From a virus (taxonomy: Duplodnaviria; Caudoviricetes), in the IMG/VR virus record IMGVR_UViG_3300033416_000025, positions 1-28,644 of that record: a stretch of DNA of 28,644 nucleotides; one strand, 5' to 3'. The position numbers and the translations under genes are program-made. A model generated the notes under the pieces. That model searched no databases. It was given only the letters and a program-made list of their open reading frames with translations, and was not told the origin of the DNA. Every line of letters starts with the position of its first letter. Within the stretch, counting starts at the first letter, position 1. Positions 14,840 through 23,865 of this stretch are shown here, one piece after another.

Positions 14840-17612
14840 GAGAGCCGAGGCAAAGGTCTACGTCCTCGGCGACGCACGTGGCTTCCACACGACCATGCGT
14901 CGGGCGCAGTGGGACGCTATGACGTTCGCCGGCAAGATGAAGGCGATCGGCGGTCAGATGCGGACCACCGGTCGCTCCCTGGCGCGCCATGTCAGCCTGC
15001 CGCTCGCCGCCGTCGGCGTGGTCTCGCTCAAGCTCGCCGCGGACTTCGAGTCCTCGGCGACCAAGATCGCCGCTCTCGCCGGCGCCGGCGCCAAGGAAGT
15101 GAAGTTCCTCCGCAAGGAGGTGCTGGCGCTGGCTCCGGCCGTCGGTATCGGTCCGCAGGAGTTGATGGACGCGCTCTACCCGATCGAGTCGATGGGGCTG
15201 CGCGGCGCAAAGGCCATGGCCGTCCTCAACGCCTCCAGCAAGGCGGCCGCCTCCGGCCTCGGCGACCTGACCACGGTCTCCGATGCGGTGACGAGCGCTC
15301 TCAACGCCTACCAGGGCACCGGCCTCACGGCGGCGCACGCCGTCGACGTGATGGTCGCCTCGGTCAAGGCCGGCAAGATGAAGGCGGAGGACTTCGCCGG
15401 ATCGCTCGGCAACGTCCTGCCGCTGGCCTCGAAGCTCGGTGTGGGCTTCGACCAAGTGGGTGCCGCGATCGCGAGCATGAGCCGTATGGGCGCGGATCCG
15501 CACGCCGCGGGCGCCGGCCTGACGCAGATGCTCACCAACCTTCTCAAGCCGACCTCGCAGGGCACCAAGACGCTCGAAGAGTTGGGCCTGTCGTACGCCG
15601 GCCTCCGCAAGGAGATCGCCGGCAAGGGTCTTATGCCGGCCATGATGCACCTCTCCGAGGCGCTGGGCGGCAACGCCGAGGCGGCGGCCACGATCCTGAG
15701 CAAGAAGGGTCTGACCACCTTCTTTACCCTGACCGGCAAGGCGGCCAAGACCAACGAGAAGGTGTTCCGCGACGTGGCCGATTCCGCCGGCCTGCTCAAC
15801 GAAGCCTTCGAGACCACGCGCGAGGACGCCGGCTTCAAGCTGAAGCAGGCGTTTGTGGCGCTCAAGGCGGCGGCGATCGAGATCGGCGCCGCGTTGATGC
15901 CGATCGCGGTCGGTATCGCGAAGACGATCGCGCGCGTGGCGCGCGCCTTCGGCAGTCTCTCGCCGGGGATGAAGAAGTTCCTGGTGATCGTCGGTCTGAT
16001 CGCCGCCGCGGCGGGGCCGCTGTTGATGATGTTCGGCAGCCTCATCTCGCTGATCGGCGCGCTCGCCGCGACGGTCACCGTCGCCGGCACGTCGATGACG
16101 CTCTTCGGCGCGATCATGAGCGTGGCGCTCGGGCCGGTGGGTCTCGTCATCCTCGCCGTGATCGCGGCCGCGGCCGCGTTCGTGGTCCTCTACAAGAAGA
16201 GCGAGACCTTCCGCAAGATCGTGCACGGCGTGGCCGGCGTCCTCAAGGGGATTGTGGTCGGCGCCTTCAAGGTCGTGGGTGCGGTCATCGGCTGGGTGCT
16301 CAAGCACTGGCGCGGACTGCTCGACGCCTTCCTGCTCGCGGCCGGCCCGATCGGCTGGATCGCCATGTACGTGATCCATCATTTCGACACGGTCAAGAAA
16401 GCGCTCGGCGCGGCGTGGGCGTGGCTGCAGGACCGCTGGGACGATCTCTGGAACTGGTTCAAGAAGACGCCGATGGGCGTGATCTTCGGCAAGGTCGTCG
16501 ACGCCGCCGGCGCCATGAAGGACGCCGTCCTCGACCATTGGGACGGCCTCAAGCGCGGGATCGCCGGCGTCGTCAACAAGATCGGCGGTTTCATCAACAA
16601 GGCGTTCGGCTGGACCGGGATCCATGTTCCGAGCGTCAACTGGGGCGGCACCACCACCGGCACCGGCGGCGGCGGCGGGCGCAAGCACGCGCAAGGCGCG
16701 ATCGTGCGCCGGCCCGAGGTCGCACTGATCGGCGAGGAGGGGCCGGAGCTGATCCTGCCGCTGACCAAGCCGAAGCGGATGAAGGAGCTGCTCGACCAGG
16801 TGGGCCTGCACGCCTACGCGCAGGGCGGCATCATCGGTGACGTGAAGGACGCGCTGAGTGGCGCGTGGCGCAAGGTCAAGGACGTGGCCGGCGCCGTCTA
16901 CGCGGTGGGCGGGAACATCCGCAAGTGGCTGCTCGATCGCCTCGATCTGCCCGAAATGCCGGACTTCCTGCACAACCTCTTCCCGAGCATCGTCAAGGCG
17001 CTCGCCGGCAAGATCAAAGAGGCGCTCGGCTCGTTCAAGCGCTCGCTGGCGGGGACCGACTTCGGCAACCTCTCGGGCGACCTCAAGTCACTGGTCCGCC
17101 AGATGAGCCAGCGCCTCGGCTGGGATCCGGTCGCGTGGATGAAGATCATCATGCGCGAGTCGGGCGGCAGCATGACGGCGACCAACCCGAGCTCGGGCGC
17201 CTACGGTATCGCGCAGGGGATCACCGGCCCGAAGTGGTACTACCAGCACGGCGGCAATCCAAACACCATGGCCGGCCAGCTCACCGCCATGGCGAACTAC
17301 ATCCGCGACCGCTACGACAATCCAACGAACGCGTGGAACTTCTGGCAGAAGCATCACTGGTACGGCGCCGGCGGATCTTTCATCGCGCACGAGCCGCAGC
17401 TCATCGGCGTCGGCGACCGCGGTCCGGAGCACGTGCAGATCACGCCGCTCGGCGCGTCGGCCGAGCTGCCGCGGACGATCAATGTCAACGTGGTGCTCCC
17501 TGGTGGGACGACGCTCATCGGCGAGGCCGATCGCGTCGGCCAGATCCTCGCGCCGCACGTCGTGCGGGCGCTGGAGCGCAGCGCGCGGCAGGGCACGAGG
17601 GGAAGGGCGTAA
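14829..17612 (+). CDS. Tape measure protein (TP901-type core) with C-terminal lytic transglycosylase-like domain
   Basis: 927 aa, Ala/Leu/Lys-rich helical. SLPLAAVG...AADFES core, hydrophobic segments, Trp-spaced repeats, HAQGAIVRRPEVALIGEEGPE motif. C-terminal IIMRESGG...NPSSGAYGIAQ...YIRDRY..P..AW.FW..HHWY. Confidence 0.95.
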   Translation: MAGKRAEAKVYVLGDARGFHTTMRRAQWDAMTFAGKMKAIGGQMRTTGRSLARHVSLPLAAVGVVSLKLAADFESSATKIAALAGAGAKEVKFLRKEVLALAPAVGIGPQELMDALYPIESMGLRGAKAMAVLNASSKAAASGLGDLTTVSDAVTSALNAYQGTGLTAAHAVDVMVASVKAGKMKAEDFAGSLGNVLPLASKLGVGFDQVGAAIASMSRMGADPHAAGAGLTQMLTNLLKPTSQGTKTLEELGLSYAGLRKEIAGKGLMPAMMHLSEALGGNAEAAATILSKKGLTTFFTLTGKAAKTNEKVFRDVADSAGLLNEAFETTREDAGFKLKQAFVALKAAAIEIGAALMPIAVGIAKTIARVARAFGSLSPGMKKFLVIVGLIAAAAGPLLMMFGSLISLIGALAATVTVAGTSMTLFGAIMSVALGPVGLVILAVIAAAAAFVVLYKKSETFRKIVHGVAGVLKGIVVGAFKVVGAVIGWVLKHWRGLLDAFLLAAGPIGWIAMYVIHHFDTVKKALGAAWAWLQDRWDDLWNWFKKTPMGVIFGKVVDAAGAMKDAVLDHWDGLKRGIAGVVNKIGGFINKAFGWTGIHVPSVNWGGTTTGTGGGGGRKHAQGAIVRRPEVALIGEEGPELILPLTKPKRMKELLDQVGLHAYAQGGIIGDVKDALSGAWRKVKDVAGAVYAVGGNIRKWLLDRLDLPEMPDFLHNLFPSIVKALAGKIKEALGSFKRSLAGTDFGNLSGDLKSLVRQMSQRLGWDPVAWMKIIMRESGGSMTATNPSSGAYGIAQGITGPKWYYQHGGNPNTMAGQLTAMANYIRDRYDNPTNAWNFWQKHHWYGAGGSFIAHEPQLIGVGDRGPEHVQITPLGASAELPRTINVNVVLPGGTTLIGEADRVGQILAPHVVRALERSARQGTRGRA

Positions 17613-20600
17613 ATGGCAGTACCGACTGTCACACTATGCGTACCGCAGTCCGGGCCTCCGGGCACGATGGTGCTCATCACCGGCACCAACTTTGACGAGA
17701 CCGTCTCCAAGGTCGAGTTTGGCTCCTACAGCTCGGGCACCAACTTCGCGGTTCTCGATTCGACCAGTCTGGTCGCCTACGTGCCGGCGGGATCCGGCAC
17801 GAACGTCACGGTCAAGGTGACGAACAGCAGCGGCTACGGTCAGCTCGCCTCGGGGTTCACCTTCGACACCTACGAGGGCGGCGGCGGCGGCGGTGGCGGA
17901 TCGGCGCCGACGGTCTCGGGGATCGCGCCCGAGACCTCGGCCTACACGGACGGCCGCGGCGGCGACGCCGTGGTCGTCTCTGGTAGCGGGTTCACCACCG
18001 CCAACGCGGTCTTCTTCGGCACGATCCCGGCGGAGTTCACCCTCTCGTCGAGTACGCCGGACAGCTCACTGACCGCCTACGCGCCGGCGCAGATGGGCAC
18101 CGTCTACGTGACGGTCCGCAACGCCTACGGCACCTCGGCGACCGGCTCGCAGTGCGACTTCCTCTACGGCGGCGTCTCCAGTCCGACCGTCTCCGGCATC
18201 GCGCCGGCGGCCGGCTGGCCGGGTACTGTGGTGACGATCACCGGCACCGGCTTCGACACCACCACGCAGGTGATGTTCGGCACCTACGAGGCGCAGTACA
18301 CCTACGTCGACGCGACGCACCTCACGGCGATCGCGCCGGTTGGGCCGGCCGCGGGATCCGCGGTCAACGTCGTGGTCTACAACCAGAACGGCGCCAGCGC
18401 GCAGACGAACAACTTCACCTACCAGCAGCGTACCGGGCTGCGGACGACGGCGACCGGCCTGTCTGACGCGCCGTACGAGAACTGGTCCGGCAGCGATATC
18501 ACCGTGACGCTGACCGCCGACGCCGGCGGCGGGCCGGCCGTGGCCGGCACCTACTACCGCGTCAACGGCGGCACGATCCAAACCTACTCGTCGGCGTTCC
18601 AGGTGACCACCGACGGCTGCAACCTCGTCGAGTTCTGGTCGGTCGACGTGACCGGCCTCAAGGAGCCGACGCGGAGCGGCTACGCGAACAAGCTCACCGC
18701 CGGCGGTGTGCCGACCGGGCTCACGGTCACGGCGGGAATCAACACCCTGCACTGCACGTGGAATCCGGTCGCCTCCGAGGGCGCCGTCTCCTACAAGGTC
18801 TACTGGGGCGCCCAGAATCCTCCGACCGATCACGTGCAGGCGGTCGGGCAGGCGTACTACATCATCTCGCATCCGTACGCCGACGGCGGCCAGTACGTGC
18901 AGGTGTCGAGCGTCGACGCGCTGTCGCGCGAGAGCTCGAAGTGCTCCGTGGTCGGACCAACGACTCCGCTGCAAAACTCGACCGAGATCGCCGATCACTC
19001 GATCACCAACGACAAACTCGTGTTGACCATGCGTCCGCCGACGCTCAACGCCACGGCGCCGACGCTGCCGGCGACGGAGTACCCGGCCGGCTCGACCTAC
19101 TACAACACGACCGACGATCTGCTTTATGTTACCAAGGACGGTAACACTTGGACGAAGGTCGTCAACACGACCGACCTCGACGGCACGATCGCCACCAACC
19201 AGATCGCGGACGACGCGGTCACGTGGGGCAAGCTCGCCACCGAGTTGACACCGCCGCGGATCGTCTCCTCACTGCCGACGCTGCCGGACTCGAACTACCC
19301 GGCCGACTCGTACGTCGTGCTGACGACGGACGACAAGCTCTACGTGACCAAGACCGGCCTCGCCGACTCGTGGGTGAAGGTCGTCAACACCACGGACCTC
19401 GACGGCACCATCGCCACGACACAGATCGCGGACGACGCGGTCACGTGGGGCAAGCTCGCCACCGACCTAGCGCCGCCACGGCTCAAGAGCAGCGCGCCGA
19501 CGTTGCCTGACGCTGATTACCCGGCCGGGTCGACTTACTACAACACCACGGACGACCATCTCTACGTGACGGAGGACGGCAACACGTGGGTGCGTGCGGT
19601 GCGTGCTGCACAGTTGGACGGTCAGGTGGTAGAGAGTCAGATCGCGAACGACGCGGTCACCAACGCCAAGATCTATGCCGGCGCCGTGAGCGCGCTGGAG
19701 CTCGCCTCAGACGCCGTGACCGCGGACAAGATCGCCGCCGGCACGATCTGGTCGCGCTCGCTGTACGTGGGCAACTTCGAGAACCTCATCATCAACGGCA
19801 CGTCCGAGATGGACGTGACCAGCGCGCCAACCAACGCGGTCGAGGCGACTGGCATCTCGACCGACTACGCCTACCAGGGCACGCGGAGCCGCAAGCTGCA
19901 GGGCGGCGACGTGTACACGTCGTTCGACGTGACTGGGTGGATCCCGGTCCAGGCGGGCGAGATCTACCGTTACGGCGCGACCATGCGCCTCTCGGCGTCG
20001 TCGACCGGCCACGCATACTTCCAAGTGGTGTTCAAGCAGGTGGGCGAGGTCTACGACTACGGCAACACCGGCACGGTCTCGGGCACCTCGTGGGAGGAGA
20101 AATACGGCTCGCTCACGGTGCCCAGCGGCTACGTACAGATGAAGTTCCAGTGCGCCACGTACCAACTCACGGCGTCGAAGTACGCCTACTTCGACAACAT
20201 GATGTGCACGCGGCGCACGGACGCGAACCTCCTCGTCGACGGCACCGTGACCACGGACAAGCTCGCGGCCAACGCCGTGACCGCCGCCAAGATCGCCGCG
20301 GACACGATCACCGCGGCGGAGATCGCGACCGATACCATCACCGCGGCGGAGATCGCGACCGGCACGATCACCGCGGCGGAGATCGCGACCGATACCATCA
20401 CCTCCGGGTGCATCGCCGCCGGCGCCATTAGCGCGAGCGAGCTGGCGGCCAGCTCCGTCTATGCCAAGAACCTCATGGTCGCCAACTTCGACAACCTCAT
20501 CCCCAACCCGATGAGCGAGTTGGATCACACCGGCAAGGACGTTGCTCAAGACGGCGGCGACCTCGACTTCCGCGGGGTCTCCTCCGACTACTACTTCCAC

Positions 20601-23585
20601 GGCGCGCACAGCCGCAAGGTGACGGACACCAACGGCAGCCACTACTACATGGAGATCGCCCAGCGGATCCCGTGCGCCGAGGGCGAGCAATACTTCGGCG
20701 CTGGGTACTTCCGTTGCGGCGTGACCGAGGACGCCGACCACGGCGTGAAACTCCTCATCGTGGGCATAGACGCGAGCGAGACCGCCGTGCAGTACTCGTT
20801 CACGGAGTTCGTCCAGAGCACCTCGTGGACGGCGAAGACGGTCTCCTTCACGGTCGCCTCGACCGTGGTCGCCTTGCGTACGTATGTCGAGATGTACGGC
20901 AGCGCCGCGGGGCGCTCGGGTTACGCCGACGAGCTGCTCCTCCGCCGCAAGAACGACGGTTTCTTGATCGTCGACGGCGCGATCACCACGGACAAGCTCG
21001 CGGCCAACGCGGTCACCGCGGCCAAGATCGCCGCGGACACGATCACCGCGGCGGAGATCGCGACCGGTACGATCACCGCGACCGAGATCGCCGCGGACAC
21101 GATCACCGCGGCGAAGATCGCTGCCGGCGCGATCGGCGCTGACGAGCTCGCGGCCGATTCGGTCTACACGAAGAACCTCATGATCGGGAACTGGGTCAAC
21201 CTCATCCCGAATCCGGAGTCGGAGTGGGACCACACCGGCAAGACCACGACCATGTCGGGCGACAACGCAGACATGGACTTCCGCGGCGTATCGAGCACGC
21301 TGTACTATCGCGGCGCGCACTCGCGCGAGTTTCCCGGCAACGGCGCGGGGCAGTACTGCTGCATCACGCGCAACTTCCCGGCGCACGCCGGCGACACGTT
21401 CTATCTCGAAGCGATCATGCGCTGTACCAGCGCGACCGGCGCCGGCACCGGCGCGCAGATCCTCTTCTGCGGCGTCGACAGCGGCGGCACCGGCAAGGAG
21501 TGGAGCGGCACCGGGCGCGTCGACGGCACGACGTGGACCGTCGGCAACTGTACGTACACCGTGACCGACACAACCGTGGTCGCGGTCAACGTGCAGGTGA
21601 CGCAGACCGTGTCGGCCGGCAACTCCGCTTGGTTCGACGATCTCAAGTGCTACCGCGTGAGCGAGGGCGTGCTGATCAAGGACGGCGCGATCACCGCCGA
21701 CAAGATCGCCGCCAACACAATCACGGCGGCCAAGATCGCCGCCAACACAATCACGGCGGCAGAGATTGCCGCCAACGCGATTACCGCCGACGAGCTCGCG
21801 GCCAACTCCGTCACCGCGGGCAAGATCGCCGCGGCCGCCGTGGCCGCCGACGCAATCGCCGCCAACTCGATCTTCGCCAAGCATCTCACGGTCGCCGACT
21901 GGGACAACCTCATCCCCAACGGCAACTCCGAGAAGGACCACACGAGCAAGGATTGTACCGAGACCTCGACCGACGTGGAGTTCCGCGGCGTGGTCGATTC
22001 GCCGCACAACGGCGTCAGCGCCTACCAAGGCGCGCATATGCGTCACCTGACCGGCGGCGCCGGATACACCGGCTACATCGTCTCACCGTACATCCAGTGC
22101 AAGGAGGGCGACTCGTTCGTCTTCGAGGCGTGGATGCGGCTGGAGGCGGACCAGGGCGCCGATGGCGCCTACCTGCAGTTCGTCTTCTACGACGAGAACT
22201 TGGCGAACCCGTCGTTTGTCGGCCAAACCGCGGCGTACAACGACACGACCTGGTCGCTGGTACGCACGACCTACACGGCAGCGGCGGGCAAGTCGTTCGT
22301 GGTCGCCATGGTGGCGGGCTACGCGCACGCCAGCAACGACGCGCTCTTCGACGGTCTCCTCTTCCGCCGGCGCGCCGGCGCGAGCATGGTCGTCGACGGC
22401 ACGCTCACCGCGGACAGCCTCGCGGCCAACACGATCACCTCGACCTCCGCCTGCATCGGCTCGCTCTCGGCCTCGAAGATCAACGCCGGCACGATGAGCT
22501 GCGACTACCTGAGCGGCGGCACGATCAACGGCCAGACGATCACCGGCGGTACGATCACCTCGCCGACCTTCCGCACGGCGGCGAGCGGCAAGCGTATCGA
22601 GATGACCGGCTCCTACGAGGATCGCGTCACCTTCTACCCGTACACCGATTGCACCTACGGCAACGCCGCCTACATCGTCACCGGCGGCACCTCGTCGGCG
22701 CCGTGGCTGCAGTTCCAAGGTCCGACCGTCGGCAGCACGTACGGCTATCTGCGGATGACGGCGACCGACGCGAGCACGGACTACTCGACGCTTCAGGTGG
22801 ACGCCGATCAGGTCATCATCGGCTCGGGCTATCCGGGCGACGCCGGCGAGTGCGCCACGGCGCTGTCCGGCGCGGTCACGTTCGGCCCGTCGCGCAAGGC
22901 GTCGGTGAACCGCGAGTGGGATTTCATCGGCACCACTGTGCAGCACGACACCGGCAACTACATCGATATGTGGTACTGCTACGACCTCAACAGCGGCGCA
23001 ACCCTCACCGCGGTTGGGGCGGGCATCGATCACCCTGGGGTCATCGACTACACCACCGCCGCGTCGGCCAACGCGGGCTTCCGTATGTACACGAACATGG
23101 AGGCGATCCGCTTCACCACCTCGACCACGCCGCCGTACGACTTCGACTACGCCGAGTACGTGTTCCGGCCGGAATCCGTCAGTACCAACGTATCGATGCG
23201 CCTCGGGTTCTGTAGCTGGTGGAACCACGAGAGCGCCGCCAGTGTCAACGGCTACGGCGTCTACGCCTTCACCGTGGGCACCGGGTCGTACTGCAACCTC
23301 ATCGGTCGCGTGGCGATCTACGGCACCACCTACAGCACCGGCACCTCGTACAACATGACGAACGGCACGTGGTACACGCTGCGCGTCAAGGTGCATCAAG
23401 GCACACACGCCGACTTCTACCTCTACACCGCCGACGGTACGTGTGTCTGGAATGACTACGTGAGCTACTGCCCGACCGGAACCGACCTGTCGCACGGCTG
23501 GGTCGGTTGGACCGACGTGGCGACGGCGTACAACTTCGCGGACTTCGACTACATGAACCTCTATCTGGCCCCAAGGAGCAGGTGA
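17613..23585 (+). CDS. Large multidomain tail fibre / host-recognition protein (1990 aa)
   Basis: Three IPT/TIG-like repeats (PTV..I.P..G..GT.V.ITGTGF), an Ig-like domain (TYYRVNGG...VEFWSVD), an FN3 domain (PTGLTVT...TWNPV...SYKVYW), three ~73-aa shaft modules, four CBM-like jelly-roll modules separated by 10-aa ITAAKIAADT repeats, and an aromatic-rich C-terminal domain. Confidence 0.88.
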   Translation: MAVPTVTLCVPQSGPPGTMVLITGTNFDETVSKVEFGSYSSGTNFAVLDSTSLVAYVPAGSGTNVTVKVTNSSGYGQLASGFTFDTYEGGGGGGGGSAPTVSGIAPETSAYTDGRGGDAVVVSGSGFTTANAVFFGTIPAEFTLSSSTPDSSLTAYAPAQMGTVYVTVRNAYGTSATGSQCDFLYGGVSSPTVSGIAPAAGWPGTVVTITGTGFDTTTQVMFGTYEAQYTYVDATHLTAIAPVGPAAGSAVNVVVYNQNGASAQTNNFTYQQRTGLRTTATGLSDAPYENWSGSDITVTLTADAGGGPAVAGTYYRVNGGTIQTYSSAFQVTTDGCNLVEFWSVDVTGLKEPTRSGYANKLTAGGVPTGLTVTAGINTLHCTWNPVASEGAVSYKVYWGAQNPPTDHVQAVGQAYYIISHPYADGGQYVQVSSVDALSRESSKCSVVGPTTPLQNSTEIADHSITNDKLVLTMRPPTLNATAPTLPATEYPAGSTYYNTTDDLLYVTKDGNTWTKVVNTTDLDGTIATNQIADDAVTWGKLATELTPPRIVSSLPTLPDSNYPADSYVVLTTDDKLYVTKTGLADSWVKVVNTTDLDGTIATTQIADDAVTWGKLATDLAPPRLKSSAPTLPDADYPAGSTYYNTTDDHLYVTEDGNTWVRAVRAAQLDGQVVESQIANDAVTNAKIYAGAVSALELASDAVTADKIAAGTIWSRSLYVGNFENLIINGTSEMDVTSAPTNAVEATGISTDYAYQGTRSRKLQGGDVYTSFDVTGWIPVQAGEIYRYGATMRLSASSTGHAYFQVVFKQVGEVYDYGNTGTVSGTSWEEKYGSLTVPSGYVQMKFQCATYQLTASKYAYFDNMMCTRRTDANLLVDGTVTTDKLAANAVTAAKIAADTITAAEIATDTITAAEIATGTITAAEIATDTITSGCIAAGAISASELAASSVYAKNLMVANFDNLIPNPMSELDHTGKDVAQDGGDLDFRGVSSDYYFHGAHSRKVTDTNGSHYYMEIAQRIPCAEGEQYFGAGYFRCGVTEDADHGVKLLIVGIDASETAVQYSFTEFVQSTSWTAKTVSFTVASTVVALRTYVEMYGSAAGRSGYADELLLRRKNDGFLIVDGAITTDKLAANAVTAAKIAADTITAAEIATGTITATEIAADTITAAKIAAGAIGADELAADSVYTKNLMIGNWVNLIPNPESEWDHTGKTTTMSGDNADMDFRGVSSTLYYRGAHSREFPGNGAGQYCCITRNFPAHAGDTFYLEAIMRCTSATGAGTGAQILFCGVDSGGTGKEWSGTGRVDGTTWTVGNCTYTVTDTTVVAVNVQVTQTVSAGNSAWFDDLKCYRVSEGVLIKDGAITADKIAANTITAAKIAANTITAAEIAANAITADELAANSVTAGKIAAAAVAADAIAANSIFAKHLTVADWDNLIPNGNSEKDHTSKDCTETSTDVEFRGVVDSPHNGVSAYQGAHMRHLTGGAGYTGYIVSPYIQCKEGDSFVFEAWMRLEADQGADGAYLQFVFYDENLANPSFVGQTAAYNDTTWSLVRTTYTAAAGKSFVVAMVAGYAHASNDALFDGLLFRRRAGASMVVDGTLTADSLAANTITSTSACIGSLSASKINAGTMSCDYLSGGTINGQTITGGTITSPTFRTAASGKRIEMTGSYEDRVTFYPYTDCTYGNAAYIVTGGTSSAPWLQFQGPTVGSTYGYLRMTATDASTDYSTLQVDADQVIIGSGYPGDAGECATALSGAVTFGPSRKASVNREWDFIGTTVQHDTGNYIDMWYCYDLNSGATLTAVGAGIDHPGVIDYTTAASANAGFRMYTNMEAIRFTTSTTPPYDFDYAEYVFRPESVSTNVSMRLGFCSWWNHESAASVNGYGVYAFTVGTGSYCNLIGRVAIYGTTYSTGTSYNMTNGTWYTLRVKVHQGTHADFYLYTADGTCVWNDYVSYCPTGTDLSHGWVGWTDVATAYNFADFDYMNLYLAPRSR
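19035..19670 (+). repeat. Three ~72-74-aa coding repeats (PTLP..YPA.S.Y..TTDD.LYVT...W.KVVNTTDLDG.IA..QIADDAVT)
   Basis: Units start at about 19035, 19251 and 19473, with long identical DNA stretches such as CAGATCGCGGACGACGCGGTCACGTGGGGCAAGCTCGCCACCGA. Confidence 0.88.
20301..20402 (+). repeat. 30-bp coding tandem repeat (TITAAEIATD/G)
   Basis: ATCACCGCGGCGGAGATCGCGACCG occurs at 20307, 20337 and 20367. Related arrays lie at about 20985-21160 and 21685-21870. Confidence 0.9.
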
Positions 23586-23589
23586 ACCG

Positions 23590-23862
23590 ATGAACTACTA
23601 CCTCAAGAACGCCGACGCGACGCGGATGTACCGGGTGGTGTACGAGAACGTCGATCCGGCGGGCTTCACGGCGTCGTCCGCGTTCGCCTGCGCGACCGGC
23701 GCCGAGGCCGTACTGCCCAACGGCAACCCGATCCAATCGCTCGACCAACCGACCGATCTCGGGCAGGTGCTCATCGACGTGGTCCTCAACGACCTGGTGC
23801 CGGGTACGCTCGCGGAGTACAAGACGCTCGCGGTCGCCATGGTCGAGACCAACTGGACGTAA
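23590..23862 (+). CDS. Hypothetical protein (90 aa), possibly fibre-associated
   Basis: Tightly packed after the large fibre gene, with AGGTG/AAGGAG upstream and high GC3. Confidence 0.7.
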   Translation: MNYYLKNADATRMYRVVYENVDPAGFTASSAFACATGAEAVLPNGNPIQSLDQPTDLGQVLIDVVLNDLVPGTLAEYKTLAVAMVETNWT

Positions 23863-23865
23863 GCC

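Noticed and set aside
20301-20402. 30-bp direct repeats as a CRISPR array
   Set aside because: Contiguous, in-frame coding repeats with no unique spacers and no cas genes.
22850-23585. Diversity-generating retroelement target at the fibre C-terminus
   Set aside because: No reverse transcriptase and no template/variable repeat pair differing at adenines seen in this window. A remote DGR cannot be excluded.
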